This document shows, one piece after another, positions 13,245-23,933 of a stretch of 64,000 nt of DNA (position 1 is its first letter; every line of letters starts with the position of its first letter). The DNA comes from Acidobacteriota bacterium (lineage in GTDB: Bacteria > Acidobacteriota > UBA6911 > RPQK01 > JAJDTT01). The notes under the pieces were generated by a model that worked only from the letters and a program-made list of their open reading frames with translations, was not told the DNA's origin and ran no database searches. The position numbers and the translations under genes were made by a program. The DNA lies in NCBI GenBank assembly GCA_965263035.1, contig OZ253580.1, positions 2,720,001-2,784,000 of the forward strand, read 5' to 3'.

Positions 13245-14315
13245 TCAGGAATCGAAGAGAGGAGTGCTGCCGGCTCCCCGGTCCGGCAGACGGATCACGG
13301 ACCCGGTTCCTGACGCCTCCAACATGGCGGTCACGGCTTCCACGCCGGCGCGGCCATCCGGTCCCGACCCGATCCGGCTGGAATTGCCCTCGATGGCGTC
13401 GCAGAAGGCCCGAAGTTGGCGCTCATACGCTCTGAGGCGCACCGGGTTCATGGGAACGTCGGAGGCAACGAACCGGGCCGCGGGCTGGGTGGATACCGTG
13501 CACCAAGCTCCTCCGACCGCCAGTTTCAGGTCCCCGAAGGGATCCAGGTCCATCAGGCCCTGTGAGCCCATGATCCTGAGTCGAAAGAACTCGCCGGAAA
13601 ACCCAGGGTCCGCCATCTCGTTGGTGGAGTAGAGGCTGAGCAGGGCACCGTTGTGGAAACTCAGAAGAGCCAGCGTCGTGTTCTCCACGGGGGCCTGGGT
13701 CAGAAAGTTGCGGGAAAGCGCGCTCACGGTGGCGACCTCCGTCCCCATGCACCAGCGGAGCAGGTCGATGCCGTGAGGCGCCGAGTTCAGAACGTGGCCG
13801 ACGCTGGCTGGATCGTCCCACCATTCCCATCCTCCGCCGTCCCGCAGAGAGGCCTCGGTCAGCATGGTGGTCTGGATGGCCAGGACGCGGCCGATGGTCC
13901 CCTCCCGGATGAGGCGCCGGGCTTCCACGTTGTTGCGCCGAAACCGTTGATGGTAGCCCACGGCCAGAGCCACGGATCGGCGGCGTGCGGCTTCGATCAT
14001 GAGGTCGCAGTCGGCCACCGAGGTGGCCAGCGGCTTCTCCACCAGTACGTGCTTTCCCTCGGCGATGGCGGCCAGCGCATCCCGAACGTGGACGTGGTGG
14101 GGAGTCGTGATGATGACGGCATCCAGGTCGGAGCGGCGAACCAGACTCTCCACGTCCGGTTCCCGATCGATTCCGTAGCGGCCGGCCAGCCCTTGTGCCC
14201 GGCGACCACCGGTGACCGCAACCAGCCTGAGCTCCGGCACCGCACGCACCGCCTCGGCATGGGTCCTCCCCATGAATCCCGAGCCGGTGATTCCAATACC
14301 CAGATCGCGTCTCAT
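13245..14315 (-). CDS. Gfo/Idh/MocA family oxidoreductase
   Basis: GSGFMG, TTPHHVH, GKHVLVEKPLA, HGIDL. Confidence 0.92.
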   Translation of the reverse strand: MRRDLGIGITGSGFMGRTHAEAVRAVPELRLVAVTGGRRAQGLAGRYGIDREPDVESLVRRSDLDAVIITTPHHVHVRDALAAIAEGKHVLVEKPLATSVADCDLMIEAARRRSVALAVGYHQRFRRNNVEARRLIREGTIGRVLAIQTTMLTEASLRDGGGWEWWDDPASVGHVLNSAPHGIDLLRWCMGTEVATVSALSRNFLTQAPVENTTLALLSFHNGALLSLYSTNEMADPGFSGEFFRLRIMGSQGLMDLDPFGDLKLAVGGAWCTVSTQPAARFVASDVPMNPVRLRAYERQLRAFCDAIEGNSSRIGSGPDGRAGVEAVTAMLEASGTGSVIRLPDRGAGSTPLFDS

Positions 14316-14324
14316 TGACGCATG

Positions 14325-14381
14325 AGTGTACCAACATGCCGCAGTTCCCGGAGCAACGGATCTCACTGCTTTTGGTATACT
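14325..14381. promoter_or_regulatory. Divergent extended -10 promoters
   Basis: TGgTACACT on minus (hexamer 14325-14330) and TGgTATACT on plus (hexamer 14376-14381), each shortly before a start codon. Confidence 0.5.
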
Positions 14382-14395
14382 TCCCGGTAACTCTC

Positions 14396-17197
14396 ATGCG
14401 TGTTTTTCTGCCTTTGCTTCTCGGTTTCGTGGTTTCCCTTCCTTCGCTGCCGGCCCAGGATGCGGAGGCGGCGGAATTCTTCGAGAGGCGGATCCGTCCG
14501 GTCCTGGCCAACAAATGTCAAGCCTGCCACAACTCCGGCCTCAAGACCGCCGGGCTGGATCTGTCCAGTGCCGAGGGATTCGCAAAGGGCGGCCAGAGCG
14601 GCCCGGTGGTCGCCGGAGAGGAGCCCGCAGAAAGCCGATTCCTGGAAGTGATCCGATACCGGGAGCGAATCAAGATGCCTCCCGGCGGGAAGCTGCCCGA
14701 GGACGAGATCGCTTCCCTGGCGGCCTGGGTCGAGACCGGCGCTCACTGGCCGGGAGCCCCTGTCATGGACGCACCGTCGATGGCGGCAGAACGGGGAGAC
14801 CGATTCACGGCGGAAGAGTGGAGTTTCTGGGCCTTTCAGAAGGTCCGGGATCCGGAACCGCCCCAAGTGAAAGATGTGGACTGGGTCAGGTCCCCGGTGG
14901 ACCGCTTCGTGCTGGCCAGGCTGGAAGCGGCAGACCTGCGCCCGGCCGCCCCGGCTTCCAGACTCGCATGGTTGCGGAGGGCCAGCTACGACCTCACGGG
15001 CCTGCCTCCCAGTGAGGAACGGATTGCCGATTTTCTGAGTGACGACTCGCCTCGGGCTTTCGAGAAGGTGGTAGACCGGCTGCTGGCTTCTCCCCGATAC
15101 GGCGAGCGATGGGGACGCCATTGGCTCGACGTGGCTCGTTACGCCGACTCCACCGGCAACGACGAGGATCACCGTTACCCCTACGCTTGGCGTTACCGCG
15201 ACTACGTCGTGGAGGCGTTCAACCAGGACCGGCCCTACGACGAATTCCTCACGGAGCAGTTGGCCGGTGACCTGGTGCACCCCGCTGAATCGGTCGAGAA
15301 GCGGCGCCGCGGGATCGTCGCCACCGGGTTCCTGGCTCTGGGCCCCAAGGCGCTGGCGCAACAGGACAAGCAGCGGATGCTCTACGACGTCTGGGACGAG
15401 CAGCTGGACGTGGTGTCCAAGGGTTTCCTGGGACTCACCGTGACCTGTGCCCGCTGCCACGACCACAAGTTCGATCCCATCCCCACCCAGGACTACTACT
15501 CCCTGCTCGGCATGTTCGCCAGCACCCGCAGCTTCACGGCCATGGGCAAGACCGTCTCCAAGCTCCTGTTCACGCCGCTGGTCCCCGACCACGAGTACCA
15601 GGCGTACAAGGACCACAAGGAGTCGATCGGCAACAAGAAAATCGAGGTCGAAGACGTCGCCGATCAGGAACTTCAAGCCTACGTGTCCAAGTTGAGTCCC
15701 CGCCTGGCCGACTACATGCGGGCTGCCGGCCGCGCCGGAGGGCCCGCGGAGGCCGAGGCGCTGGCGGCGGAAAACGATCTGGAGGCTCCGATTCTGAGAA
15801 AGTGGATCGCCTACCTCCAGCCGCGCGAGATCCGAAGACCCCACTTGGACGAGTGGCAGCAGGCTTCCGCTGCGGACCGCGACCAGACGGCGGACGCCTA
15901 TCAGAAACGGTTCCAGGAACGTCTGGAAGAATGGAACGAAACCCTCAAGAAGTGGCGCGAGCGGGTCCGCAGGATGCTCCAGGAGATGAACATGCCGCCG
16001 CCGCCGAAGCCCACCTTCGAGCCGGGGCGCGACCGCTTTTTCCACGAAGTCTACTTCGCCGGGAAGGGACCCTTCTTCCTGGAGGAGAAGGCCCAGGAGA
16101 AGGTCTTCTCTCAAGAATCCAATCGGCTTCTGGCACTTTACCGCCAGGAACTCAAAAAACTGGAAGAGACCCTGCCCCCCGAACCGGCCATGGCCTGCGC
16201 CGTCGAGGAAGGAGATGCGGTCCGGCAACGAGTCTTCATCCGCGGTGACTACAACAACCTGGGCGAGGAAGCGCCCAAGCGGTTCCCCCTGGTCCTGGCG
16301 GGTGCGGAACGGGAGCCGATTTCCGGAGGCAGCGGCCGCATGGAGCTGGCCCTCTGGTTGACCGGGCCGGAGCATCCCCTGACGGCCCGGGTGATGGTCA
16401 ATCGCATCTGGCAATGGCACTTCGGACAGGGTCTGGTGCGAACCCCCAACAATTTCGGAAAGTTGGGCACGCCTCCCACACATCCCCAGCTGCTGGACTA
16501 TCTGGCTCGCCGATTCATTCGGGAGGGTTGGTCCATCAAGAAGATGCACCGCCTGATCATGAGTTCGGCCACTTACCGAATGGGAAACGAGACGACACCG
16601 GAGAAAAACCCCCGGGATCCGCAGAACCAGCTTCTGTCCCGATTCGAACGGCGCCGGCTCGAGGTCGAGGAGATTCGGGACGGGCTGCTGTCCATGGACG
16701 GTTCCCTGGACCTGACCATGGGCGGGACCCTGCAGACCGGGTTCGGCACCGACACCGAGAACAGCAACGACCGCCTGAGCCTGAAACCGGAGACGGTCCA
16801 CCGGAGGATGGTCTACCTGCCCCTCCGGCGCGCCAACCTTCCGGCACTCCTGAACCTGTTCGACTTCGGCGACGCCACCACCAGCATGGGCAAGCGGTTG
16901 CACACCAACGTCGCCCCCCAGGCCCTGTTCATGATGAACAGCGAATTCGTGGCCCATCGGGCCCGGAATCTGGCGGCCCGGCTGGAACAGGAGGAGACCG
17001 ATTCGGCCAAGCGTATCGATCGAGCCTATCTCATCACCCTGAACCGGATGCCGGAAGTGGAGGAGCGGCAAGCCGCGCTGGCCTACCTCGGTGACTTCAC
17101 CGGGAAATTCGGAGGGCCGCAGGCGTCCGGTCTGGATGCCTGGGGCAGCTACTGCCGGATCCTGATGGGGTCCAACGACTTCATGTATGTTGACTAG
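14396..17197 (+). CDS. Planctomycete cytochrome c / PSD1 (DUF1549+DUF1553) protein
   Basis: Signal peptide, FFERRIRPVL..CQACH, YGERWGRHWLDVARYADS, CARCHDHKFDP, ARVMVNRIWQWHFG. Confidence 0.93.
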   Translation: MRVFLPLLLGFVVSLPSLPAQDAEAAEFFERRIRPVLANKCQACHNSGLKTAGLDLSSAEGFAKGGQSGPVVAGEEPAESRFLEVIRYRERIKMPPGGKLPEDEIASLAAWVETGAHWPGAPVMDAPSMAAERGDRFTAEEWSFWAFQKVRDPEPPQVKDVDWVRSPVDRFVLARLEAADLRPAAPASRLAWLRRASYDLTGLPPSEERIADFLSDDSPRAFEKVVDRLLASPRYGERWGRHWLDVARYADSTGNDEDHRYPYAWRYRDYVVEAFNQDRPYDEFLTEQLAGDLVHPAESVEKRRRGIVATGFLALGPKALAQQDKQRMLYDVWDEQLDVVSKGFLGLTVTCARCHDHKFDPIPTQDYYSLLGMFASTRSFTAMGKTVSKLLFTPLVPDHEYQAYKDHKESIGNKKIEVEDVADQELQAYVSKLSPRLADYMRAAGRAGGPAEAEALAAENDLEAPILRKWIAYLQPREIRRPHLDEWQQASAADRDQTADAYQKRFQERLEEWNETLKKWRERVRRMLQEMNMPPPPKPTFEPGRDRFFHEVYFAGKGPFFLEEKAQEKVFSQESNRLLALYRQELKKLEETLPPEPAMACAVEEGDAVRQRVFIRGDYNNLGEEAPKRFPLVLAGAEREPISGGSGRMELALWLTGPEHPLTARVMVNRIWQWHFGQGLVRTPNNFGKLGTPPTHPQLLDYLARRFIREGWSIKKMHRLIMSSATYRMGNETTPEKNPRDPQNQLLSRFERRRLEVEEIRDGLLSMDGSLDLTMGGTLQTGFGTDTENSNDRLSLKPETVHRRMVYLPLRRANLPALLNLFDFGDATTSMGKRLHTNVAPQALFMMNSEFVAHRARNLAARLEQEETDSAKRIDRAYLITLNRMPEVEERQAALAYLGDFTGKFGGPQASGLDAWGSYCRILMGSNDFMYVD

Positions 17198-17308
17198 ATC
17201 GCCTTCCGGGGGCAAGATCGGGAGAGACGCGCTCCACGCGCAGCAGGTCTCGGATCCGGAACGAGGATCGGGCTCGCCACGGGATTGGACCCTACGTGAG
17301 GTGATCTC

Positions 17309-18757
17309 ATGATCGAGAATCCATGGAACAAGTTGAAGCGCCCCCCGCTGTTGTCGCGGCGCTCCATGCTGAGAGACACGGCCTGCGGCTTCGGCGTGCT
17401 GGGACTGGCCGGACTCATCGCCGAGGCGGACCGGCTCGGTGCCGCACCCGGCACGGCCAACCCGCTCGCCGTCCGGAAGCCACACTTCGAGCCGCGAGCC
17501 AAACAGGTCATCTTCCTGTTCATGCACGGTGGACCTTCCAGCGTCGACATCCTGGACCCCAAGCCCCGCCTTTACCGGGACCATGGGAAACCGCTCCCCA
17601 TCAGCCGTCCCCTGGCCTTCGACGACAACCCCCCTGGACCGCTGATGAAACCGCTCTGGGACTTCAAACGAACGGGTCAGAGCGGGATTCCCATGAGCGA
17701 TCTCTTTCCCCACGTCCGGACCTGCGTGGACGACCTCTGCGTGATCCGTTCCATGGTGGGCGAAGGAGTGGACCATGGGGCCGCTCTATTGCAGACCTTC
17801 ACCGGTTCCAGCACCTTCACCCGCCCGTCGCTCGGTGCCTGGGCTCTGTATGGGCTCGGAACGGAGAACCAGAACCTGCCCGGCTACATCACCATCAAGC
17901 CGGCTCTCGCCCACGGCGGCGCCAAGAACTGGAGTTCCGCATTCCTGCCCGGAGCGTACCAGGGGACCGCCATCGGCCATTCGGGGCTCAAAGTGAAGGA
18001 CTTTCGCGGAGAGCCCATCGAGTACCTGGTTCACCGCGGCTTCACGCCGGAGCAGCAACGCTACGAACTGGACATGCTCCAGAACATCAATCGCCGTCAC
18101 GCCCAACTTCGCCGGTACGACGCCGAGTTGGAAGCCCGGATCCAGGCCTTCGAACTGGCGTTTCGGATGCAGATGAGGGCGCCTGAGGCCTTCGAAGTCG
18201 AAAAGGAATCGGCGGCCACCCGGAAACTCTACGGCCTCGACCGGGAGGAGACCCGGGAGTTCGGCTGGCAATGCCTGCTGGCGCGGCGCCTGGCAGAGCG
18301 GGGCGTCCGCTTCATCCAGTGCACCCACAGCTACAAGTGGGACCAGCATTCCCAGCTCTACGAGAAGCACACCGAAAACGCCAGGGAGGTGGATCAGCCC
18401 ATCGCCGGCTTGCTCAAGGACCTGAAGTCAAGGGGCATGCTGGAGGAGACGCTGGTGGTCTGGGCCGGTGAGTTCGGACGCACCCCGGTCTCCCAGGGAG
18501 GGGACGGGCGCGACCACAACCCCTACGGCTACTCCATCTGGATGGCCGGCGGAGGAGTCAAGCCTGGATTCGTCTACGGCGCCACCGACGAGATCGGCTA
18601 CCACGCCGTCGAGGACCGGATGCACATCCATGACTTTCATGCCACTGTGCTCCACCTGCTGGGCCTGGACCATGAGAAACTGACCTTTCACTACAGCGGC
18701 CGCGACTTCCGCCTGACCGACGTCGCCGGCGTGGTCGCCGAGAGGATCCTGGTGTAG
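17309..18757 (+). CDS. DUF1501 domain protein with Tat-like signal
   Basis: SRRSML; FLFMHGGPS, GEFGRTP, GRDHNP, HDFHATVLHLLG. Confidence 0.93.
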   Translation: MIENPWNKLKRPPLLSRRSMLRDTACGFGVLGLAGLIAEADRLGAAPGTANPLAVRKPHFEPRAKQVIFLFMHGGPSSVDILDPKPRLYRDHGKPLPISRPLAFDDNPPGPLMKPLWDFKRTGQSGIPMSDLFPHVRTCVDDLCVIRSMVGEGVDHGAALLQTFTGSSTFTRPSLGAWALYGLGTENQNLPGYITIKPALAHGGAKNWSSAFLPGAYQGTAIGHSGLKVKDFRGEPIEYLVHRGFTPEQQRYELDMLQNINRRHAQLRRYDAELEARIQAFELAFRMQMRAPEAFEVEKESAATRKLYGLDREETREFGWQCLLARRLAERGVRFIQCTHSYKWDQHSQLYEKHTENAREVDQPIAGLLKDLKSRGMLEETLVVWAGEFGRTPVSQGGDGRDHNPYGYSIWMAGGGVKPGFVYGATDEIGYHAVEDRMHIHDFHATVLHLLGLDHEKLTFHYSGRDFRLTDVAGVVAERILV

Positions 18758-18806
18758 CGGGATCATCGCATACCCGGTTTCACTCCAAGCGGAACCGGCG
18801 GAATCA

Positions 18807-18943
18807 GTGGAGAAACAAGGCATCGAATCAGTCCCGCTCAGGCGTCCTCGACGAGACCATTTCCCGGTGTGCGCCTACCTTCGCGTTTACTACCCGCCTG
18901 CTTCTTTCTTTTCTCTTTCCTCTTTCTTCTTTCCTCTGCTTCT
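18807..18943 (+). repeat. Diverged copy of the heptamer-bracketed element core plus pyrimidine arm
   Basis: Aligns by eye at roughly 70% to 57025-57131; followed by a CTCTTTC-like tract. Confidence 0.6.
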
Positions 18944-21503
18944 AAGAAGCGGACTGGCACTGGCTGGCGCCGCGGTGGCCTGCGGGCTGGTTCACGCCGC
19001 CGAATCGGTTCCCCGTTTCGGCTCTGACGTAGGTCCCCTCCTGAACCGATACTGCCTTCAGTGCCACGGCGAGAGCCTTCAGATGGGAGACCTGGATCTG
19101 AGGACCGTCTCCTCCATGGAAAAAGGAGGGGGCCAGGGTCCGGCTCTGGTGAGAGGGAATGCCGGCGAGAGTCTTCTCTACCAGCGGGTCGCGGACCAGA
19201 GCATGCCCCAGGGGGAGGAGAAGCTGGAACCGGAGGAAGTCCGGCTACTGGCCGACTGGATCAACGCCGGGGCTCCCGCAGGCCGAGTTCCGGCAGAATC
19301 CAGGTTGGAAACGGCCACGGCGCATACCCCGTCCCATTGGTCGTTCCGTCCGATTCGGAAACCGCCGATCCCGTCCGTACGGAATCGGCAATGGGTCCGG
19401 AACCCCGTAGACGCCTTCATCTTGAGCCGATTGGAAGAGCAGGGCCTCCAGCCCGCTCCGGAGGCGGACCCCTCGACTCTGGTGCGCCGCCTGGCCCTGG
19501 TCCTGACCGGCTTGCCGCCATCCTGGGAAGGACCGTCCCGCCTTCCGGAAGGTCCAGGCGACCTGGCCTACACCCGTCTGGTGGATGAATTCCTGGGACG
19601 GCCCCAATACGGTGAACGCTGGGCCCGGCACTGGCTCGACGTGGTGCGCTATGCCGAATCCAACGGCTATGAGCGAGACGGCACCAAACCGCACGCGTGG
19701 CGCTATCGCGACTACGTCATCGACGCCTTCAACCAGGACAAGCCCTACGATCGCTTCCTCACCGAGCAGCTCGCCGGAGATGAGATCGACGGCACCGACG
19801 CCGAATCTCAGATCGCCACCACCTTTCTGCGGCTGGGGACCTGGGACGACGAGCCGGCGGAGGAGCGCCGGGACCGGTACGACCAGCTCGACGACGTCCT
19901 GGGGACCGCCAGCAGCGCCTTTCTCGGCCTGACCCTGCGTTGCGCCCGCTGCCATGATCACAAGTTCGAACCCTTCAGCCAGGAGGACTACTATCGCTCC
20001 CTCTCCTTCTTCGAACCTCTCAAGCGTCCCCACAATATCTTGAAACCCCGCGCCGATCTGGACCGGATGGTAGGGACGCCGGACGAAATGGATCGGTACC
20101 GGGTGGCCACCATGAAGTGGAAGGTGGAGGTGGAAAGCCTGAATCGGGAGAAGGAGAAACTGAGCCGGAAGATACTCGATCGGCTTCTCTCCGACCGAGC
20201 CTCCAGCCGGGATCTGAGCTGGGCTCACCACGCCGAGGCGGTATTGGCATTCCGGACCCCGGAAGAGGACCGGACCGACGAGCAGAAGGCCCAGATCCGG
20301 AAGTTCGACGAGCGCATGGATCGGGAGATCCTGGCTGAAGCCACCACCGAGGAGGCTCGGAAACTGAGCCGGTGGGAGCGGGAGCTGGACCGCTTGAAGG
20401 CGGAGTCTCCAGAAGAACCCCCACGAGCCTACGTTTGGTACGAAGATACTCCTTATCCCGTTGCCACCCGAGTCCTGGTCCGGGGTGACCCGGGAACGCC
20501 CGGAGGCGAGGTTCAACCCGTGATTCCCACCATCCTGGGCCGCCCGGACCTGCTGGCCCGGCTCGGCCCCATCGAGCCGACCCTCGACTCCAGCGGGCGG
20601 CGCCGCTGGCTGGCCCGGTGGATGACCCACCCCCAGAATCCCCTGGTCGCCCGAGTGATGGTGAATCGGATCTGGCAGTGGGTCTTCGGCGAAGGCCTGG
20701 TGGCCACCGAGAACGATTTCGGGGTCGCGGGGGAGACCCCCAGCCACCCCCTGCTTCTGGACTATCTGGCCTCCGAATTCATCGCCTCCGGCTGGAGCGT
20801 GAAGCACGTGGTCCGGCTTCTGGCCGGCTCCTCCACCTTCACCCAAGCGTCCGACTGGAACCCGCAGGCCACGGCCGTAGACCTCCAGAATCGTCTCCTC
20901 TGGCGATGGCGGCCCCGGCGTCTGGAAGCGGAGGCCGTCCGGGACTCGATGCTGGCCGTCAGCGGCAGCCTGAATCACTCCATGCACGGTCCCAGCATGT
21001 TTCCCCGAATCCCCGATTCGGTCCTGGCCGGACAGTCGAGACCGGGACTCGACTGGGGAGAACCGGACCCGGAGCAGAACCTCCGGCGCAGCGTCTACAT
21101 CTTCGTCAAGCGCTCCCTGGCCGTCCCCGAACTGGAATTGCTGGATTCACCCGACACCACCTCCAGTTGCGAGCAGCGCCGGGTCTCCACCACCGGACCC
21201 CAGGCCCTGACCTTTCTGAATGGAGACTTCGCCCACGAACAGGCTCGACGTCTGGCCGGAAGAGTGATGCGCGCGACCGGCGAAGAACGCGCCAACCAGG
21301 TCCGGGGCGCTTTCCGGATGGGATTGGCGAGGGGACCGAGCCCCGAGGAATTGAAAGCGGCGTTGGACTTTCTTCAGGTCCAGGAAGAGCAGATCCGGGA
21401 GGATATGACCGGGACTCAGACCACCCCGGTCATCCGGGAGCGGGCCCTTCAATCCTTCTGCCTGACGCTGTTGAACACCAACGAGTTCTTCTACTTGAAC
21501 TGA
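18807..21503 (+). CDS. Second planctomycete cytochrome c / PSD1 (DUF1549+DUF1553) protein (start uncertain)
   Basis: CLQCHG, YGERWARHWLDVVRYAES, CARCHDHKFEP, ARVMVNRIWQ, LLNTNEF. Confidence 0.92.
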   Translation: MEKQGIESVPLRRPRRDHFPVCAYLRVYYPPASFFSLSSFFFPLLLRSGLALAGAAVACGLVHAAESVPRFGSDVGPLLNRYCLQCHGESLQMGDLDLRTVSSMEKGGGQGPALVRGNAGESLLYQRVADQSMPQGEEKLEPEEVRLLADWINAGAPAGRVPAESRLETATAHTPSHWSFRPIRKPPIPSVRNRQWVRNPVDAFILSRLEEQGLQPAPEADPSTLVRRLALVLTGLPPSWEGPSRLPEGPGDLAYTRLVDEFLGRPQYGERWARHWLDVVRYAESNGYERDGTKPHAWRYRDYVIDAFNQDKPYDRFLTEQLAGDEIDGTDAESQIATTFLRLGTWDDEPAEERRDRYDQLDDVLGTASSAFLGLTLRCARCHDHKFEPFSQEDYYRSLSFFEPLKRPHNILKPRADLDRMVGTPDEMDRYRVATMKWKVEVESLNREKEKLSRKILDRLLSDRASSRDLSWAHHAEAVLAFRTPEEDRTDEQKAQIRKFDERMDREILAEATTEEARKLSRWERELDRLKAESPEEPPRAYVWYEDTPYPVATRVLVRGDPGTPGGEVQPVIPTILGRPDLLARLGPIEPTLDSSGRRRWLARWMTHPQNPLVARVMVNRIWQWVFGEGLVATENDFGVAGETPSHPLLLDYLASEFIASGWSVKHVVRLLAGSSTFTQASDWNPQATAVDLQNRLLWRWRPRRLEAEAVRDSMLAVSGSLNHSMHGPSMFPRIPDSVLAGQSRPGLDWGEPDPEQNLRRSVYIFVKRSLAVPELELLDSPDTTSSCEQRRVSTTGPQALTFLNGDFAHEQARRLAGRVMRATGEERANQVRGAFRMGLARGPSPEELKAALDFLQVQEEQIREDMTGTQTTPVIRERALQSFCLTLLNTNEFFYLN

Positions 21504-21611
21504 GATTCACCGGCCCGGGCGCTGCGAGGCCGATCGCCGGTCGGGGCGAGATTGCAAGTGAACCGCCGAAGAAATAACCTGGGGCATCAGCCCGCTTCAG
21601 AGGACCTGGAA

Positions 21612-23099
<1,488 letters not shown>

Positions 23100-23134
23100 C
23101 CAGCCCGACCCCTGCAGCGAGCCTAACGAAAGCG

Positions 23135-23895
23135 GTGCGATTCGCCTGGATCATCCCCTTGGTCCTGATTCAGCCCGTCATGGTTTCCTCCCAGGTCCTG
23201 GATGTCGGGTCCAGGCGTGAGTTGTTCGTCGACCACCTCCTCGTCAATCGTCTGACCGGCGCCCGGCTCAACAGCCCGTGGTAAAAGTCGTCACGGCATT
23301 CGATCGTCCCTGGGAGGGGCCGCACAATCTGGGGATCAGCGTCCTCTACGATCAGGGGGTCTACCGGATGTACTACCGGGGCACGGCCGGCCCGGCGGAG
23401 ACCCGGGACCATTGGACCAATACCATGACCCCCTTCCTGGACAAACGTCCCGGTGTACCCCGGGAACGCCGATGGAAGGTCGTGGCCACCAAGCCCACGG
23501 GCGAAGCCGAGATCTCCCTCTGGGTGAACCGCGGTTATGGGACGGACCGATGGGAGATCCGGCGCTACCGTCTGAGAACCGGCGGATTCGTCTCGGTTCA
23601 CGCTCCCTATGCAGGAGGAGAGTCGCTGACCCGGCCCTTGCTGTTCCAGGGGAAGGGGTTGGAGATCAATTACTCCACGTCGACGGCGGGGCATGTCCGT
23701 CTCGAAATCCAGGACGCCGCCGGGAATGCCGTCCCCGGCTACACCCTGGAGGAATGTCCGGAGATCGTGGGTGACCAGATCGAAAGGGTCGTGTCGTGGA
23801 AGGCCGGATCGGACTTGAGGAGCCTGGCGAGCCGGCCGGTCCGGCTCCGCTTCGTTCTCAAGGACGCGAACCTCTACTCCATTCGTTTCCGCTGA
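23135..23895 (+). pseudogene. Frameshifted, probably internally deleted secreted hypothetical protein (beta-propeller glycoside-hydrolase-like family)
   Basis: N-terminal frame (MRFAWII...LDVGSRRELFVDH...ARL) stops at 23284; continuation FDRPWEG...YRMYYRG...PVRLRF lies in another frame; a repeat fragment sits at the junction. Confidence 0.65.
23272..23310 (-). repeat. Partial (39 bp) end of the 159-bp hairpin element
   Basis: CAGCCCGTGGTAAAAGTCGTCACGGCATTCGATCGTCCC is 38/39 identical to the copy starting at 42844. Confidence 0.9.
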
Positions 23896-23933
23896 ACGTG
23901 TAGGTTTCTCCCGCCGCAGGACGCCGGCCGCGG

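Noticed and set aside
13226-13262. Short degenerate heptamer run (GGAATCG AGAACCG GAAATCA GGAATCG)
   Set aside because: Only about four imperfect units with no partner arm; too weak to call an element.
17255-17300. Possible GTAG-type REP remnant between PSD1 and DUF1501
   Set aside because: The palindrome is too degenerate to support.
14363-17776. 1137-aa antisense ORF and many other long antisense or alternative-frame ORFs
   Set aside because: They mirror well-supported genes; long shadow ORFs are expected at this GC content and show no recognisable motifs.
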